Notes: generated by a model not told the origin, from the letters alone. A stretch of 64,000 bases of DNA from Lama guanicoe (GCA_013239625.1 MU053493.1:1931793-1995792); one strand, 5' to 3'. Shown: positions 12,251 to 25,244, numbered from the stretch's first letter. Numbers and translations are program-made.

Positions 12251-13513
12251 AACTCCTGACGGTTGACTAGAATCTCAGTTTGTGGCGGCACATGTGGGGA
12301 GCATTAAAAACTTCCAATCCTGGGGGTTTGTCTCAGGCCAGTGGGATCTGTAGCTCTTGGAGGGAGGTCTGGGGATGGATAGATTAGTATGTAGAGGTAT
12401 TGATGGAGAGATAGATTTTAATTCCCCAGAAGTTCTAATGTGCAGCCACTGCTCAGCAGGATAACGAGTGATGATGCTGGTTCTTTGGAGACTCGGCGTA
12501 ATTAACACATGCTGAAACCGCCTAGTGTTTCTCCATCTCTCTGCACCGTTGGCAAAATGGAAGAGTGGGAGGAGTTGCCTATATCGATAGAGACTGTTCA
12601 GTGAATTAAGTTCCAGGGACCTCTGGGCAGGAAGGATCAGCTCACATCCTGTGGATGTGGGGGAGGGCAGTCCTTCTGCCAGAGGCAGCATTACAGCTGC
12701 AACAGGAAATGTGGGAGGATGCAATTAAGGACAATTGTGGAGGGTGGGACCCTAGAGGGATGATCTGAGCACATCCTCTGACCCGGGGAAGGAAGCTCTG
12801 ACAGATGCCAGGTAGTTTGGCCCATGGACTCTGGTGAGGCCAGCCCTCCCTCTCCCAGCGATGGGAGAACGGTAGAGTCAAGGGACTGCAGGATGCAGTA
12901 TAGCAAACTCAGTACATCCCCATCAGTGGTAGAGAGAAGCCGTGGTTGGAGAGAATGAGACAGATGGTGGGAAACACTGAGCAGATCGGGAGGCAGTGCC
13001 CACCTGAGCCCTGCTCCCAGGAGAGGTGGGCCACCAGCCATCACTTAACTGGCCTCAGCCAAGCTCCTCTTGGAACCTCATCTTCAACTGGGAAATAGGA
13101 TCACGGGATTCCTGCCCAGCACGAGAGTAAAGAGGTGATGCCTGTTGGGGGATGGGGCTACTGAGGTGGAGCCCAGGAGGCCAATTTGGTGTTTTTGTGA
13201 CTCAGTGCTTATAGTGTTACCTTCCTGCATGCAGCAAAGGTCTATCTGCTCTGGAACTTGCAGACTGGACAAGGCATGAAGATGGAAGAGAGAAGGGGTA
13301 AGGGAAGGACCAGGGCGCTCTCTGAGCTGGCCTCTCACACACCACGAAGTGGACAGAGTGGTGCTACCCTCTTGGGGGGAGACCCCCGGGTATCACTTGC
13401 CTTGCGCTACCCCCTCTGCTCACCGGCGGGTGAGGGCAATGTCTGAGACTGCCACTCTCCAAGGAGAGAGGTGCCCTGCCCATTTCCTTTTGGCTCAGGA
13501 CAATTTATTTTTA

Positions 13514-13744
13514 TTTTTTAATTTTTTTTAATTTCAGAGTTTTTTAAATTGAAATATAGTCAGTTTACAATGTCGTGTCTGTTTCTGGTGTACAGCATCT
13601 TGTTTCAGTCATGCATGTGCATATGTATATTTCATTTCACATTCTAAGTGAAGTCAGCTAGAAAGAGAAAGAAAAATAAATACCATATGATATCACTTAC
13701 ATGTGGAATCTAAAAAAAAGACACAAATGAACTTGTTTACAAAA
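13514..13744 (-). mobile_element. Short 5'-inverted L1 insertion
   Basis: Antisense L1 terminus followed by a sense L1 segment; TSD TCAG(G/A)ACAATTTATTTTTA at 13495-13513 and 13745-13763. Confidence 0.8.
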
Positions 13745-13784
13745 TCAGAACAATTTATTTTTAAGGATCAAAGATATCACTGGA

Positions 13785-13932
13785 GGGGAAGGGTATAGTT
13801 CAGTGGGGAGAGTGCATGCTTAGCATGCTTAGCATGCAGGCGGTCCTGGGTTCAATCCCCAGTACCTCCATTTAAAATAAATAAATAAATAAATAAACCT
13901 AATTACCTCCTGCCTTCTGGAAAAAAAAAAAA
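13785..13932 (+). mobile_element. vic-1-like SINE with an internal 9-bp duplication in the anticodon arm
   Basis: gggtatagttcagtgg...catgcttagcatgcttagcatgc...ggttcaatccccagtacctcc, followed by the tail. Confidence 0.92.
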
Positions 13933-14944
13933 CAATATTGCTGGGCAGCAATGATTTGCATTTTCTTTGTAAAACATCTGCAGGGCTGTGTGATACAGGT
14001 GTAATCTCACAGAAGATTCAGCGATGACAGGCAAAGCCAAGTGCCCCTCGCTGACCAGCAGCTAGAAGCCTCTTCCTTCCCAGAGAGAACCACTCGTGGG
14101 GGTTCGGAGTGTCTCCCTCCAGCCCCGCTACTGCACACTCACAGAAGCAGATATGTCTTTGTACAAGCATGTGGCTGTGCTGTTTTCACACAAGTAGAAG
14201 GTATCTCAGAGTCTGTCCGCTACTTGAGCTTTTCACTGCATGATATTCTAGAGAACTTCCATGACTCTACAAATAGGACTGCGCCAGGGATCACACTCAT
14301 TTGTTTTAACTGCTGCCCAGACTTGCGTGTACTTGATACGGTTGAATGAATCTCGCACAGTGAACGTGTCACTGGTTTTCTGATGTTTGCTATTAGAAAC
14401 AGTGTTGCTCAAGGGTTCGTGTCTTTGTGAAGTGGGGTGGCTGGGCACCACCTGCATTTTGCAGTATAAATAGAGACTATTGGGTTCCCTTCCAAAGTGA
14501 CTGCTGAGTGGTTCTCTCCCTACAGTGCAATCAGCTGATGTGACGGGAGGAGGATGCAGTTTCATTTTGTCACTTCCCTGATGATTCCAGAGGTCAAGAG
14601 TCTTTGCTGTTGTTGATTGGCATTTGTATTTTCTCCTGGGTCAGCTCCCCTTTGTGATTTTTCCTCACTCTTTCCCATTGGGTTATTTGTCTTTTTTTTT
14701 TTTTTTTATTGTTGTGGAGGAGTTTGGTGTTTGCGTGAGTTTTGATACATCCTGAATACTAATCCTTTGTTTCCTATATGTCAGCTATTTTCTTCCAGTC
14801 TGTTTTCTGTCTTCATTTTTCTAGGTGTTTTTTTTTATATAGATTTAACATTTTTATATAGGAAATATATTCACCTTTTACTTTTTATGCCTTATTTAAG
14901 AAGGCCTTCCCTACACTCAATATCTAATGTTTGAGACATCTCTT

Positions 14945-15105
14945 ATTATTTTAATAATCATTATTATTATTATTTATAATATAAAATAATAATATAATTT
15001 ATAATATAAAATAATAGTAATTATTATTATTATTAATGGAGGTACTGGGGATTGAACCTAGGACCTTGGGCATGCTAAGTATGTGGTCTACCACTGAGCC
15101 CCCCC
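14945..15105 (-). mobile_element. vic-1-like SINE with an expanded AT-rich tail
   Basis: ggaggtactggggattgaacctaggacc...ctaccactgagc. Confidence 0.88.
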
Positions 15106-15391
15106 AGGAGCCCCTGGAGTTGTCTCTTTTATCCTGGAATTGACTTTTGTGAATGGTGTGAGGAAGGGATATCACTCATTCTTAAATGGGTTGCAGTGAT
15201 TATAGCCCATTCTCCCCCCACTGATTTGAAATATGACCTTTACTGTGCACTAAGTTATCCTAGCTGTTGGACTGTTCTGGACTCTCTTCTATCCTGTTGG
15301 CCCATGTGTGTGTTTCTATAGTTTATTTTTATATCCATCATTCTTTTTCTACAGTTGTTCCTCTGCCATCTGTATTTTATTATTCTCTTAC

Positions 15392-15857
15392 CTTTTTTAT
15401 TGAGGTATAGTCGATTTACAATGTTGTGTTTGTTTCTGGTGTACAGCATATATATATATATGTATATATATTCTTTTCATATTGTTTTTCATTAAAGGCT
15501 ATTGCAAGATATTGAATATAGCTCGCTGTGCTGTATGTATAAACTTGTTGTTGATCTGTTTTGTATATAGTAGTTAGTACTTACAAATCTCAAATTCCCA
15601 ATTTATCCCTTCCCAACTCCCTTTCCCCCTGATAACTATCAGTTTGTTTTCTATATCTGTGAGTCTGTCTCTGTTTTATAAATAAGTTCATTTGTATCCT
15701 TTTTTTTTTTTTGGATTCCACATCCACCTGTAAGTGACATCATATGGTATTTTTCTTTCTCTTTCTGGCTAACTTCACTTAGTCGGACAATCTCCAGGTC
15801 CATCCGTGTTGCTGCAAATGGCGTTATTTTATTCTTTTTTATGGCTGAGTAGTATTC

Positions 15858-15899
<42 letters not shown>

Positions 15900-16437
15900 C
15901 ACAACTTCTTTATCCAGTCATCTGGACATTTAGGTTGCTTCCATGACTTGGCTATTGTAGATAGTGCTGCTATAAACGTTGGGATGAGGAATGGGACAAA
16001 ATATTTGCAAATGATGTGACTGACAAGGGCTTAATTTCCAGGATATACAAACAGCTCATAAAACTCAATAACAACAACAACCAAAAAACACAATCAAAAA
16101 ATGGGCAGAACACCTAAACAAACCTTTCTCCAGTAAAGACATAGAGATGGCCAGTAGGCACATGAAAACATGCTAAATAATGCTGATTATCAGAGAAATG
16201 CAATCAAAACTGCAATGAGGTAACACCTCACACCATTCAGAATGGCCACCATTAACAAGTCCACAAATGATAAATTCTGGAGAGGGTGTGGAGAAAAGGG
16301 AACCCTCCTACACTGTGGTTGGGAATGTAAATTGGTGCAGCCACTACGGAGAACAGTATGGAGATTCCTAAAAAAACTAAAGATAGACTTACCATATGAT
16401 CCAGCAATCCCACTCCTGGGCATATATCTGGAGGAAT
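15392..16437 (-). mobile_element. 5'-inverted L1 (antisense about 15392-15984, sense about 15985-16437)
   Basis: ORF2p C-terminal peptides on both strands (15651-15902 minus; 16242-16502 plus); candidate TSD ATTTTATTATTCT at 15374-15386 and 16448-16460. Confidence 0.85.
15860..15897. repeat. (GT)~19 microsatellite inside L1
   Basis: Direct reading. Confidence 0.95.
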
Positions 16438-16701
16438 ATCTGATTGAATTTTATTATTCTTATCGGAGGTTCTGTTGGAATTGCATTAGTGTTTTTAATT
16501 GATGTTGGACCAAATTAAAATCTTTAGAACATTATTTGTTTCCATCCAGAAATATAGTGTATTTTTTCATTAAAGTTTTGTACATTTTTATCTTCTTTTC
16601 CTAGATTCTTTATAGTTTTGTTGCTGTTGTGTATGAGATCTTTTTTGCTGTTACAGTTTCTAAGTGGTTATCACTGATGTTTGGGAAAGCCATTGATTTT
16701 T

Positions 16702-17128
16702 TTTTAATTGAAGTGTAGTTGAGGTACAATATTGTATTAATTTCATATATACAGCAAAGTGATTCTGTTCTGTATATATATATTTTTTTTTCAGTTTATT
16801 TTTCATTATAGGTCATTACAAGATATTAAATATAGTTCCTTGTGCTGTACAGTAGGTCCTTATCTGTGTAGTAGTTTGTATCTGTCAATCTCAAACTTCT
16901 GATTTGTTCCTCCTGCCTCCCTTTCCCCTTTGGTAACTGTAAGTTTGTTTTCTATGTCTGTGAGTTTGTCTCTGTTTTGTATACAGATTCATTTGTATTG
17001 TTTTTTAGATTCCATGGGTAAGTGATATTATATGATATTTGTCTTTCTCTGTCTGACTTACTTCACTTGGTATGATCGTCTCTAGGTCCATCCATGTTGC
17101 TGCAAATAGCAGTATTTCATTCTTTTTT
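16702..17128 (-). mobile_element. Lineage-specific L1 3' end
   Basis: TSD GAAAGCCATTGATTTTT at 16685-16701 and 17129-17145. Confidence 0.92.
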
Positions 17129-17370
17129 GAAAGCCATTGATTTTTGTATGTCGAATGTACCTGTAGTATCTTGATAAACTTTCTTCTTAGTTCTAATAGT
17201 TTATTAGTTGGTGCTCTTGGAGTTCTGCAAATACAGCCAAGTGGCTTGGTAAAAATGCCTCCTTCTTCCCTTCTTTCTTCTCAACCTCACCCCTCTGAAG
17301 ATGTTTTATTATTGATTCCAGAGATACGGCCACTGGAGGGCAGGCAGGTGTCCTGGCGTCCCATCCAATG

Positions 17371-17541
17371 CGGTGGTCCACACTTGGTCCATGTTTGGTC
17401 CCAGACTAGGAGCATCGGCCTCACCTGGGCACCTGTTAGAAAGTCAGACGCTGAATCAGAAGCTCTGAGGGTGGGGCCCAGCGTTCTGAGTTGTAACAAG
17501 CCCTCTGGTGACCTTCACCCGCTAGAGTGAGAAGGCCACTG
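17371..17541. mobile_element. MER5-like hAT-Charlie MITE
   Basis: agcatcggcctcacctggg...ctgaatcagaagctctgagggtggggcccagc...taacaagccctctggtga. Confidence 0.75.
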
Positions 17542-20069
17542 GGGGAAGGAGCTGTCGGATGCAAGGCTGGCTGGAGGTGGTGGAGGGGAGAAAAGAGCCA
17601 GGGCCTTGGGACTGAAGATGGACCACTAGGGGCACTGAGCAGGGCCCTAGAGCAACCCCTCAACCCAGAGCAGCTCTGGGGTCTTTGTCCCCAGTTGGAA
17701 GCTGAGACCCAGAGGCTGCTGGTGACAGCACCCACCCCAAACCGCCTGGAACACTGGCCCTGGCTGCACCTTTTGGGGCAGGCCAGGGGCCCAGGGGGCT
17801 GGAGAAGTGCCCCAGGTCATTGCCAGAGGCTGCCCCACTCCTCATCCCTCACTCACTCTGGATGGGGAAGCCCGCCCTCCGACATCTCCATCACCTGACT
17901 ACTGCACATTTCTGCTTTCCCGCCTCCTCACAACTGTCGGCAGACAGCCTGGGTGTCTTGTTTCATGTTTGTCTTGAAGAGTCACAGGCAGGGCCCTAAT
18001 ATGTAAGTCCCTGTGGTGTCTCCCTCGCCAGACTTTTCTAGGGGAAGAAGATGTTACTTAGGAGATGGGGGCAGCCCAAGGCTCCTGCGGGGAGGTTGCG
18101 TCTCGTGGCGCAGACAGTGTCAGCGTCAGCCGGGAGCTGGGATGACATAGCCCTGCCTGGGGGTGGTGGGTGCAGCTCTGGAGAAACCCAGTGAGCTGCT
18201 GGTCAGCAGACCCCCAAAACTTGGGTGTCGGCGGGGGAAGCCGGCTCTCCCCCAGCAAAGGATGAGGAACCTCCCCACTCTGGGCAAGGGAGCCTGTGTG
18301 GGGGGAGTTTGGGGACGCAGAGACCCCGCGTTCCCTCCAGAGGAGGTGACTCTCACATCTTCTCTTTTGCAACCCGCCCCTCAACGAATACCCCAGAGCT
18401 CCCTGCTTCCCAGAGAGGAAACATTTGTAAGAAAGTCACATGTAAATAGAGCTAAATCCTTTTAAATAAGCCAGGAGAAGCTGGCTATTTAAAGCCATCC
18501 TGTGGGAGATCTTTTATGCAGAAGAGAATCATTTAACAGAGTGACAGAGTACCCTTCCGTGTTTCGCCATCTCAGGAGTTTCGTTTCAGCGTTTGAGTTT
18601 CCTTTACGTTCGTCCAGTGGCCACAGCTGAGCCCCTCTGCTAGGCACGGAGGCCGCCTCAGCCTGAGACCACCCCCTACCACCATCGGCTTGCGGTCTGG
18701 TGGGTGTGCAGCCCCCCCTGCAGAATGTTGCAGGAGGACATCTGGGAGGACAGCGTGAATGGACGATGGTGTGAGAGCGCTGGTTGGCCATCACCTGGGT
18801 CGGTGCCTCCCGGGGGGCTTGCTGGGACGGGCGAGGGAGGGGACCTCGCAGAAGAGGAGGATCTAGAAGTGTCCCTGTGTCACACGAGGCAAGCAGGGAG
18901 AGGCAGCTCTCCAGCCTGGTTATTTCCTGCCGAGACTGGGGAGGAATCAGTGCCAGAGTGAGTGGGACCCTGGGCTGTCCTTGTTAGAGGGGCCTCTTCC
19001 CCGTGGACCCTGCCTCCTGCATCCTGGGTGGGGTCCACCCTCCAGCTGCCACCTCAGGGGGAGCCACTGGCCTCAGCACTCTGGCCGGGGCTGCTGGCGC
19101 TGTGATGGCTGGCCATGGGCTTTGACAACCACCTCTGCCCCACTGCTTTCTGAATCCTAAGACCCCCCTCTCTGTTTCGGGGCTGCGAACTTTGGCTTCC
19201 CAGAAAGCTGGTCCCCCAGGCCCTTCCCTCCCCAGCACTCCTGGGAAACTCCCTTTTCTGGCCCGAAGTGGCCTAAGCCTGAGAGGGATGCTTGAGAATG
19301 AACAGGACCCTGGCTGTGGAGGGGCACCAAGGTATGGGACTCTGAACCATGGTTCATCCTCAGAGGCTTAGCTTTGGAAATGACTTTACGTCTTTCCCTG
19401 ACGTGTATTAGTTTCACACCCTGTTTACCCAGTGCTGAACCAAATCAGCAAAGCTGTATGTTGACAGTTTGACAGGCTAGCAACCCAGTCCTCTGATGAG
19501 GGCCCCGAGACAGCGCTGAAGTGATGCGTTAAGTGTGGGGAAGGGAGGTCGAGCCCCATCTGGATGGGCAGCCGTCGAGGACACGTGCATCCGTCCTTCT
19601 TGACCCCTTTCCTCTGTGTGTCCATTTCCTCAAGCATCCCGGAGATGATCATACTATTACTGATCGAGGGAGGTGGTGGAGCCAGGAGATACCTCTGCCT
19701 TAAAAGTGTCCTTTGAACATATCACCTTATTTCAGCTGGGCATCCTGGTGTAGCAGGAAGGGAGGGCCACTTGTGTGTGTGTCATGGCCTGTGCTGTGGG
19801 GTGGCATTGCTCTCCTGGGCCCAAAGACCAGGGTTAGGAGGGCCCTCGAGGTTCTATGGGTTACTAGAGGAGGTGGCATCCACTGTATGCACCAAAGACC
19901 TTAGATGCCAGTGGGGTGGGCAGTGGGGGAGAGGCTGCGTGGCCAGCCCTTCAGGCAGCACGAAGCCCTCATTCCTTACTCAGTTGGCCCAGAACTTTCT
20001 ATCTGGAGACTGAGAGATTATAGGGTGTTCCTTGAAGGGCCAGAGACCTTCTTTTCATTTTATCCAATT

Positions 20070-20240
20070 CAGTGGTTCCCAGCCTGGGCTGTAGATCAGA
20101 ATCACCAAGAGAGTTTAGCATGCTAATGTCGGGCCCGCAGAAAGAAGTTCTGACCTCATGGGACTGGGATGCGGTCCAGGAATGATCATTTCTTAGAGCT
20201 CCCCAGGTTGGTTGTGACATGCACTGAGGGTCTTGGACAG
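20070..20240. mobile_element. MER5A-like MITE
   Basis: cagtggttcccagcctgggctgtagatcagaatcacc...agctccccaggt. Confidence 0.7.
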
Positions 20241-20414
20241 TTCTCCTGCTGCTGAGGGCGCTGATGAGAGCAGCCAGTCACCCACTGGCTATTGTATGTG
20301 TTTGATGAATTGAACGAAATAAAAATAAGTAGATATTGACTTCATACACCTTTCCACAGCTGAAGGACCAGGAAAAGGGGCCCTGTGTGCTGAGGAGTGT
20401 GGGATGAATCACTC

Positions 20415-20683
20415 CTTTGTTTTATTTGGGGTTTGGGAGAGGAGGTAATTAGGTTTTTAAAAAAAACACCTTTATTGTGGTATGGTTCCGGTACAGTAAA
20501 CTACACATATTTCAAATGTACAATGTGATGAATTTTAATAGATGTACACACCTATGAAACCGCTACCACAGTCAAGATAGCTAACATTTCCATCATTTAT
20601 TTATTTTTATGGAGGTACTGGAGATTGAACCCAGGACCTGGTGCATGCTAAGCACGTGCTCTACCACTGAGCTATACCCTCCC
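20415..20683 (-). mobile_element. vic-1-like SINE with a ~130-bp L1MC-like insert in its tail (20465-20595)
   Basis: The tail motif ggaggtaattaggttt (about 20441-20456) is separated from atttatttatt...ggaggtactgg...gctataccctccc by the insert. Confidence 0.88.
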
Positions 20684-21055
20684 ACCAGCAGTTTGTTTTA
20701 TTTTTGTCTCCTTCTCTGCTAGCCCTGCCCCAAGGCTGGACCCAGAGCAACAGCAGGGGTGCATGCAGCTAAAATCCTAGAGAAAATTCAACTCTCTGGA
20801 TAGAAGGATGAGGCATTATACAAAGACAGTGGGGAAATCTCTTTTTTTTCCCCTCTCTTTTTCTTTCTCCTGTTGCTTCCTTCCCAGTGGGGGCCCTGGC
20901 TGCACAAAACTATGAAACCAAGTAGGTGGAAACTCCAGAGAGCTCCCACTTGACAACCAGAGGAACCAGGAAGAAGTCTTGTGGATGTCCTCACTCCTGT
21001 TCAACACCCTACAGGACATCCTAGCCAGCGTGCTAAGGCAAAGAAAAGCCATCAG

Positions 21056-21200
21056 GGAGAAGGGTATAGCTCCCTGATAGAGCACATGCCTAGCATGCAT
21101 GAGGGACTTCCATTAACAAATAAACAAATGCCTAAGTACCCCCCCCAATAAATAAGTAAATAAGTAAAAAGTAGAAACAAGAAAAAAAACCCTTAATAAT
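21056..21200 (+). mobile_element. Internally deleted vic-1-like SINE
   Basis: agggtatagctc...catgcctagcatgcatgagg; B box missing; tail cctaagtacccccccc. Confidence 0.8.
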
Positions 21201-23597
21201 AAAAGGTAAAAAAAATGAAGAAGAAACAGAAGGCATATAGATTGCAAAGAAATGCATAAAACCAACTCTTCCTAAAGATGAGTAGGAACGGGGGCTGGCT
21301 TTGGTAACCACCACTGTCTGCAGCAGTTCTTGTGGGAGAGAATGAACTTCTTAGTGTCAGGAGTAACTAATGAGAACAGAGAATATCCACCTTCCCAGAA
21401 TTCACTGGGCGCCATATTGCTGTCCATTACGGCATGAACACTGGGGCCAGTGGAGATTTCATTGCGGGATATTGAAGGTACCAGCTCTTGGAGACTTGCT
21501 ATTGGTAGAGGACTGACAGCAGTTAAGAATTGGATGCAAGGGACTGATCATTCCATTTCGCTCATTCTGAGATTAAGATGTGGTGGGGAAGATATCCTGG
21601 CATGTGGGAAGTCCAAATGGAACAAATCAACCCGCGCCCATTCACTTGAACTCTTTCAAAGGATGCTGAGACCTCCATCCTCCCTCTGGAGAAATGCCAG
21701 TGGACAGGTGTGGCTGGTGAGGGCTTACACTCTGCGGGACTTGGCTTTTTATATGTTATTCGTCTACAGAAACGCCACACTCAGAAATGAAGAAAGAAGA
21801 GTGAATAACATTGTCCCATCACTCAAAGGCCACCCTTTGTTGGTATTTTAATGTATTTCTTCACAGTTTATTCTGTGTTTATTTGGTTGTGAACAAATTA
21901 CAACAGCGCATTTTATGCGATAAACTCTCTGTAAATTTTTTAATCGCTGCATAATTGTCCCTTGGATGTGCTAACATTGGCTTAGCAAAGATCTTACTCC
22001 TGGAGGTTTGGTGTGTGCTCAACATTTTTGCCTTTTTTACTGCCGTTTTTCAAAAAGAAACCCATTTTTCTGTAAACTAGCCTGTAGGGTCTTGTGGGTC
22101 GGTGTTGGATGTCAGCCTGGTTTTCTGAGGGTGTATTCATTCATTCACATATAATTTTGAAGATTAATCCATTTCAGAGCTCATGGTGGTCTGTGATCTT
22201 GTAGCAGGAGACTGACTCAATGACTTTTGTCTACAACACTTGGGCTGACTCTGCAGGTGTCCTCCAGGACCATTTAATCAGTCAGAGCAACCGTTCTATT
22301 GGGAAGGAAGAAAAGAATATTATCTTGACAACATGTGAGACCAGATTGGGGGCCGCAACCATTTGGCTAAGTCCCTGTCTCACTTGTGTCATAGCGTTTC
22401 CACCCAGCCTGCATCCTGGCCCCTGGATCACCATGTTTCATCTCGGTCTGCTATCTTACCAGCTCTTCTAAGAGCTGGAGAATGCCATTTCTGCATGTAG
22501 AGAAAAATGTGGCTTTGAATAAGGACAGGGGAGTTCTTTATCGTGGACAATGAGTCTTTATTTTCTGCATCTCATTAGGATGTTTCAGGAGGAGCCGCGT
22601 GAGCACCGAGGCAGGGGTTGCATATTTATTGATTCGTGGACTGTTCTAGAATTAATTGAGTTTGAACACAGGGCCTCATTTCCTTGGACTTGTAGCAGGT
22701 CATTCCTCTCCTGAACATTTGAATTGCTTTCAAGGTGGTCTCATGTGATGGATTTATCTTTGATACGATTCATCACAAGCAGGGGACCTCAGTATGTTTG
22801 CTTAGAGCGTGGGGAGCCTGCCGGCAACCACTGGAGGGATGGTTAACCCTCTCTTGGCCACACTCCTCCTGGGCATTTTCTGAAGATCTGGACCTCAGAT
22901 TGAAAAAGAAAAACATTTTTTAAAGGGTCAGAGTAAAAAGCCCTGGATGGAGGGGAAAAGGGCCTAACATATATCTTTACAGAAACATCAAGACATTGTT
23001 TACTATACAGAACTAAGGCACAATTGGTGTGTTCAGTAGGGGAATAGTTCGATAATGTCTCTGGGCCAGGAAATACGATGTAGCCATTCAAATAATACTT
23101 AATAGAGAGTTTCTACTGTCTTCTCTCCCTTTAAATTTCATTTAAAATCTTCCTTAACTCCCTTATATAGAAGGGAAAAAAATGATTCATGGCATTGAGG
23201 CCAGTATATGTCACTGTTCTGTTAAACCCACGTCCAGCCCTGCAGACAAGGTCCCTCCTTTCCAGTTTCTCAGGAGGGGAAGGCCATCCAACCATTAAAC
23301 ATTTCACCCGAGGTCTGGCAGTAAGTGGAGGTCTGAATTTAAACAGGGACCTTCTGTCTTCGTCTTTAATAGCAGGCTCTTTCTCTTACACCAGAAGCGC
23401 CCCAGTAGGTGCATTGTAATTCTGCAAAGCCTTCAAAGATGAAGCTGCCTTCCTGGCTGGCCACTGTGAGTCCTTGCATTTGCATCCACAGGAGAGAGAA
23501 TTGAATCATAAGGTCTGTGCTGTCAAACTCTGGAGAGGCCAACACCACCATTGTATTTAACAGTGAAAACTTTTAAGAACCAAGATCATCACATGGT

Positions 23598-23830
23598 CCA
23601 GCCAAGCCCCACGGGAACCTGAGGCAAAAGAAAAACTCAGCAATACTCATCCTGTCTTTATTTAAATTTTTGATATTTTGTTCATCGTGGATTTTTTTTG
23701 CATTCATTTTGATTTTTTAAGTGTTGCATTAAAATCTTATCTATTTTGATTCCTGAATTTTTCTTCGGCACCCTGTTAAATTTTGTGCCCAAGGCGAAGG
23801 CCACACTTGTCTCACCCTGGAACAACCCTG
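23598..23830 (-). mobile_element. MER96B-like hAT MITE
   Basis: cctgaggcaaaagaaaaactcag...cctgtctttatttaaatttttgatattttgttcatc...aaattttgtgccc...ctcaccctgg. Confidence 0.7.
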
Positions 23831-23850
23831 GTAAAAAGTAAAAGCATTTT

Positions 23851-24625
23851 TCTGGAGAGGGTGTGGAGAAAAGGGAACCTTCCTACACTGCTGGTGGGAA
23901 TGTAATTTGGTGCAGCCATTATGGAAAACAAAATAGAGATTTCCCAAAAAACTAAAAATAGACTTCTCATATGATCCAACAATCCCCTTCCTGGACATAT
24001 ATCCAGACGAAACTCCAGTTCAAGGAGACACATTCACCCCAATGTTCATAGCAGCACTATTGACAATAGCCAAGACATGGAAACAACCTAAGTGTCCATC
24101 AACAGAATGGATAAAGAAGATATGATGTCTGTATACAATGGAATATTTCTCAGCCATAATATGGAATGAAATAATGTCATTTGCAGCAACATGGGTGGAC
24201 CTAGAGATTATCATACTAAGTAAGTCAGAGAAAGACAAATATCATATGATATCACTTATAAGTGGAATCTAAGAAAATGATACAAAATGAACTTATTTAT
24301 AAAACAGAAAGAGACTCACATACATAGAAAACAAATCTATAGTTACCAAAGGGGAAACAGGTAGGTCACTCTTCTCTTAAACGTGCAGCCCTGCAGACAA
24401 CGTCCCTCATTTAGGGGATAATTTAGGAGTTTGAGATTAGCAGGTACAAACTTCTACATATAAAACAGATAAACAACAAGGTCCTACTGAATAGCACAGG
24501 GAACTATATTCAATATCTTATAATAACCTATAATGAAAAACAATATATGTATATGTATAACTGAATCACTATGCTGTACACCAGAAATTAACATAACATT
24601 GTAAATCAACTATAGTTTAATTAGA
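23851..24625 (+). mobile_element. Lineage-specific L1 3' fragment with a foreign 48-bp insert
   Basis: ggagagggtgtggagaaaagggaacc...aaatcaactatagtttaa; imperfect TSD agtaaaagcatttt / agtaaaggtatttt. Confidence 0.92.
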
Positions 24626-25244
24626 AAGCCAGGGGAGTAAAGGTATTTTCATTACATCTGTGAGTAAGTCAGGGATGCCTGTCAGCAGCACCACTGTCAT
24701 TTAACTGTGGCAGGGCAGTGCAGCCAGACAAGGTGACAAAATGCTGTAAAAGAGAATAAAATTATCAACTAAAACTGTTAGAATTTCAAAATGGACTTTT
24801 ACAAGATCAGTTATAGATTTTTTTTTCTACATACCAACAATAGCCAGGTAGGCGTAACAGGAGAGAAAAATCCACTCACCATGGCCACAAAAAATAATAG
24901 ATCTCAGAATAAACTGACTATGAGACTTCTATAGCTATGAAGAAACCCACTGTGGCATCAAGAGATTTCTTGAGTGAAAAGACCCAAGTTGTATGGGTAA
25001 AAGTTTCTCATTGCTAGGCAGGAGAAAGTGGAGTGGGAGATGACTTTGCAGTGAGCTGGCACCAGTGGGTTAACCACCTGGATTTCCTTTTGAGACGAAA
25101 GGAAGAAGGAGCTTCTATTTTTTAAGTGTGGACCGAGATGGGCTGTCCTCGGCCAGATCTGCTTGCTTCACGGGAAGATGTGCCTGCCAAACACCTCCCC
25201 TTGAAGCAGGCAAATCTGGCCACCATCTTTGTTTCCTTGTTTGT

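Larger units (their letters stand above)
14050..17250 (-). mobile_element. Ancient L1ME-like remnant hosting several younger insertions
   Basis: Degenerate antisense L1 motifs (gaaggccttccctacac, gtgaatggtgtgagg, ggaattgcatt) between the younger elements. Confidence 0.55.
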
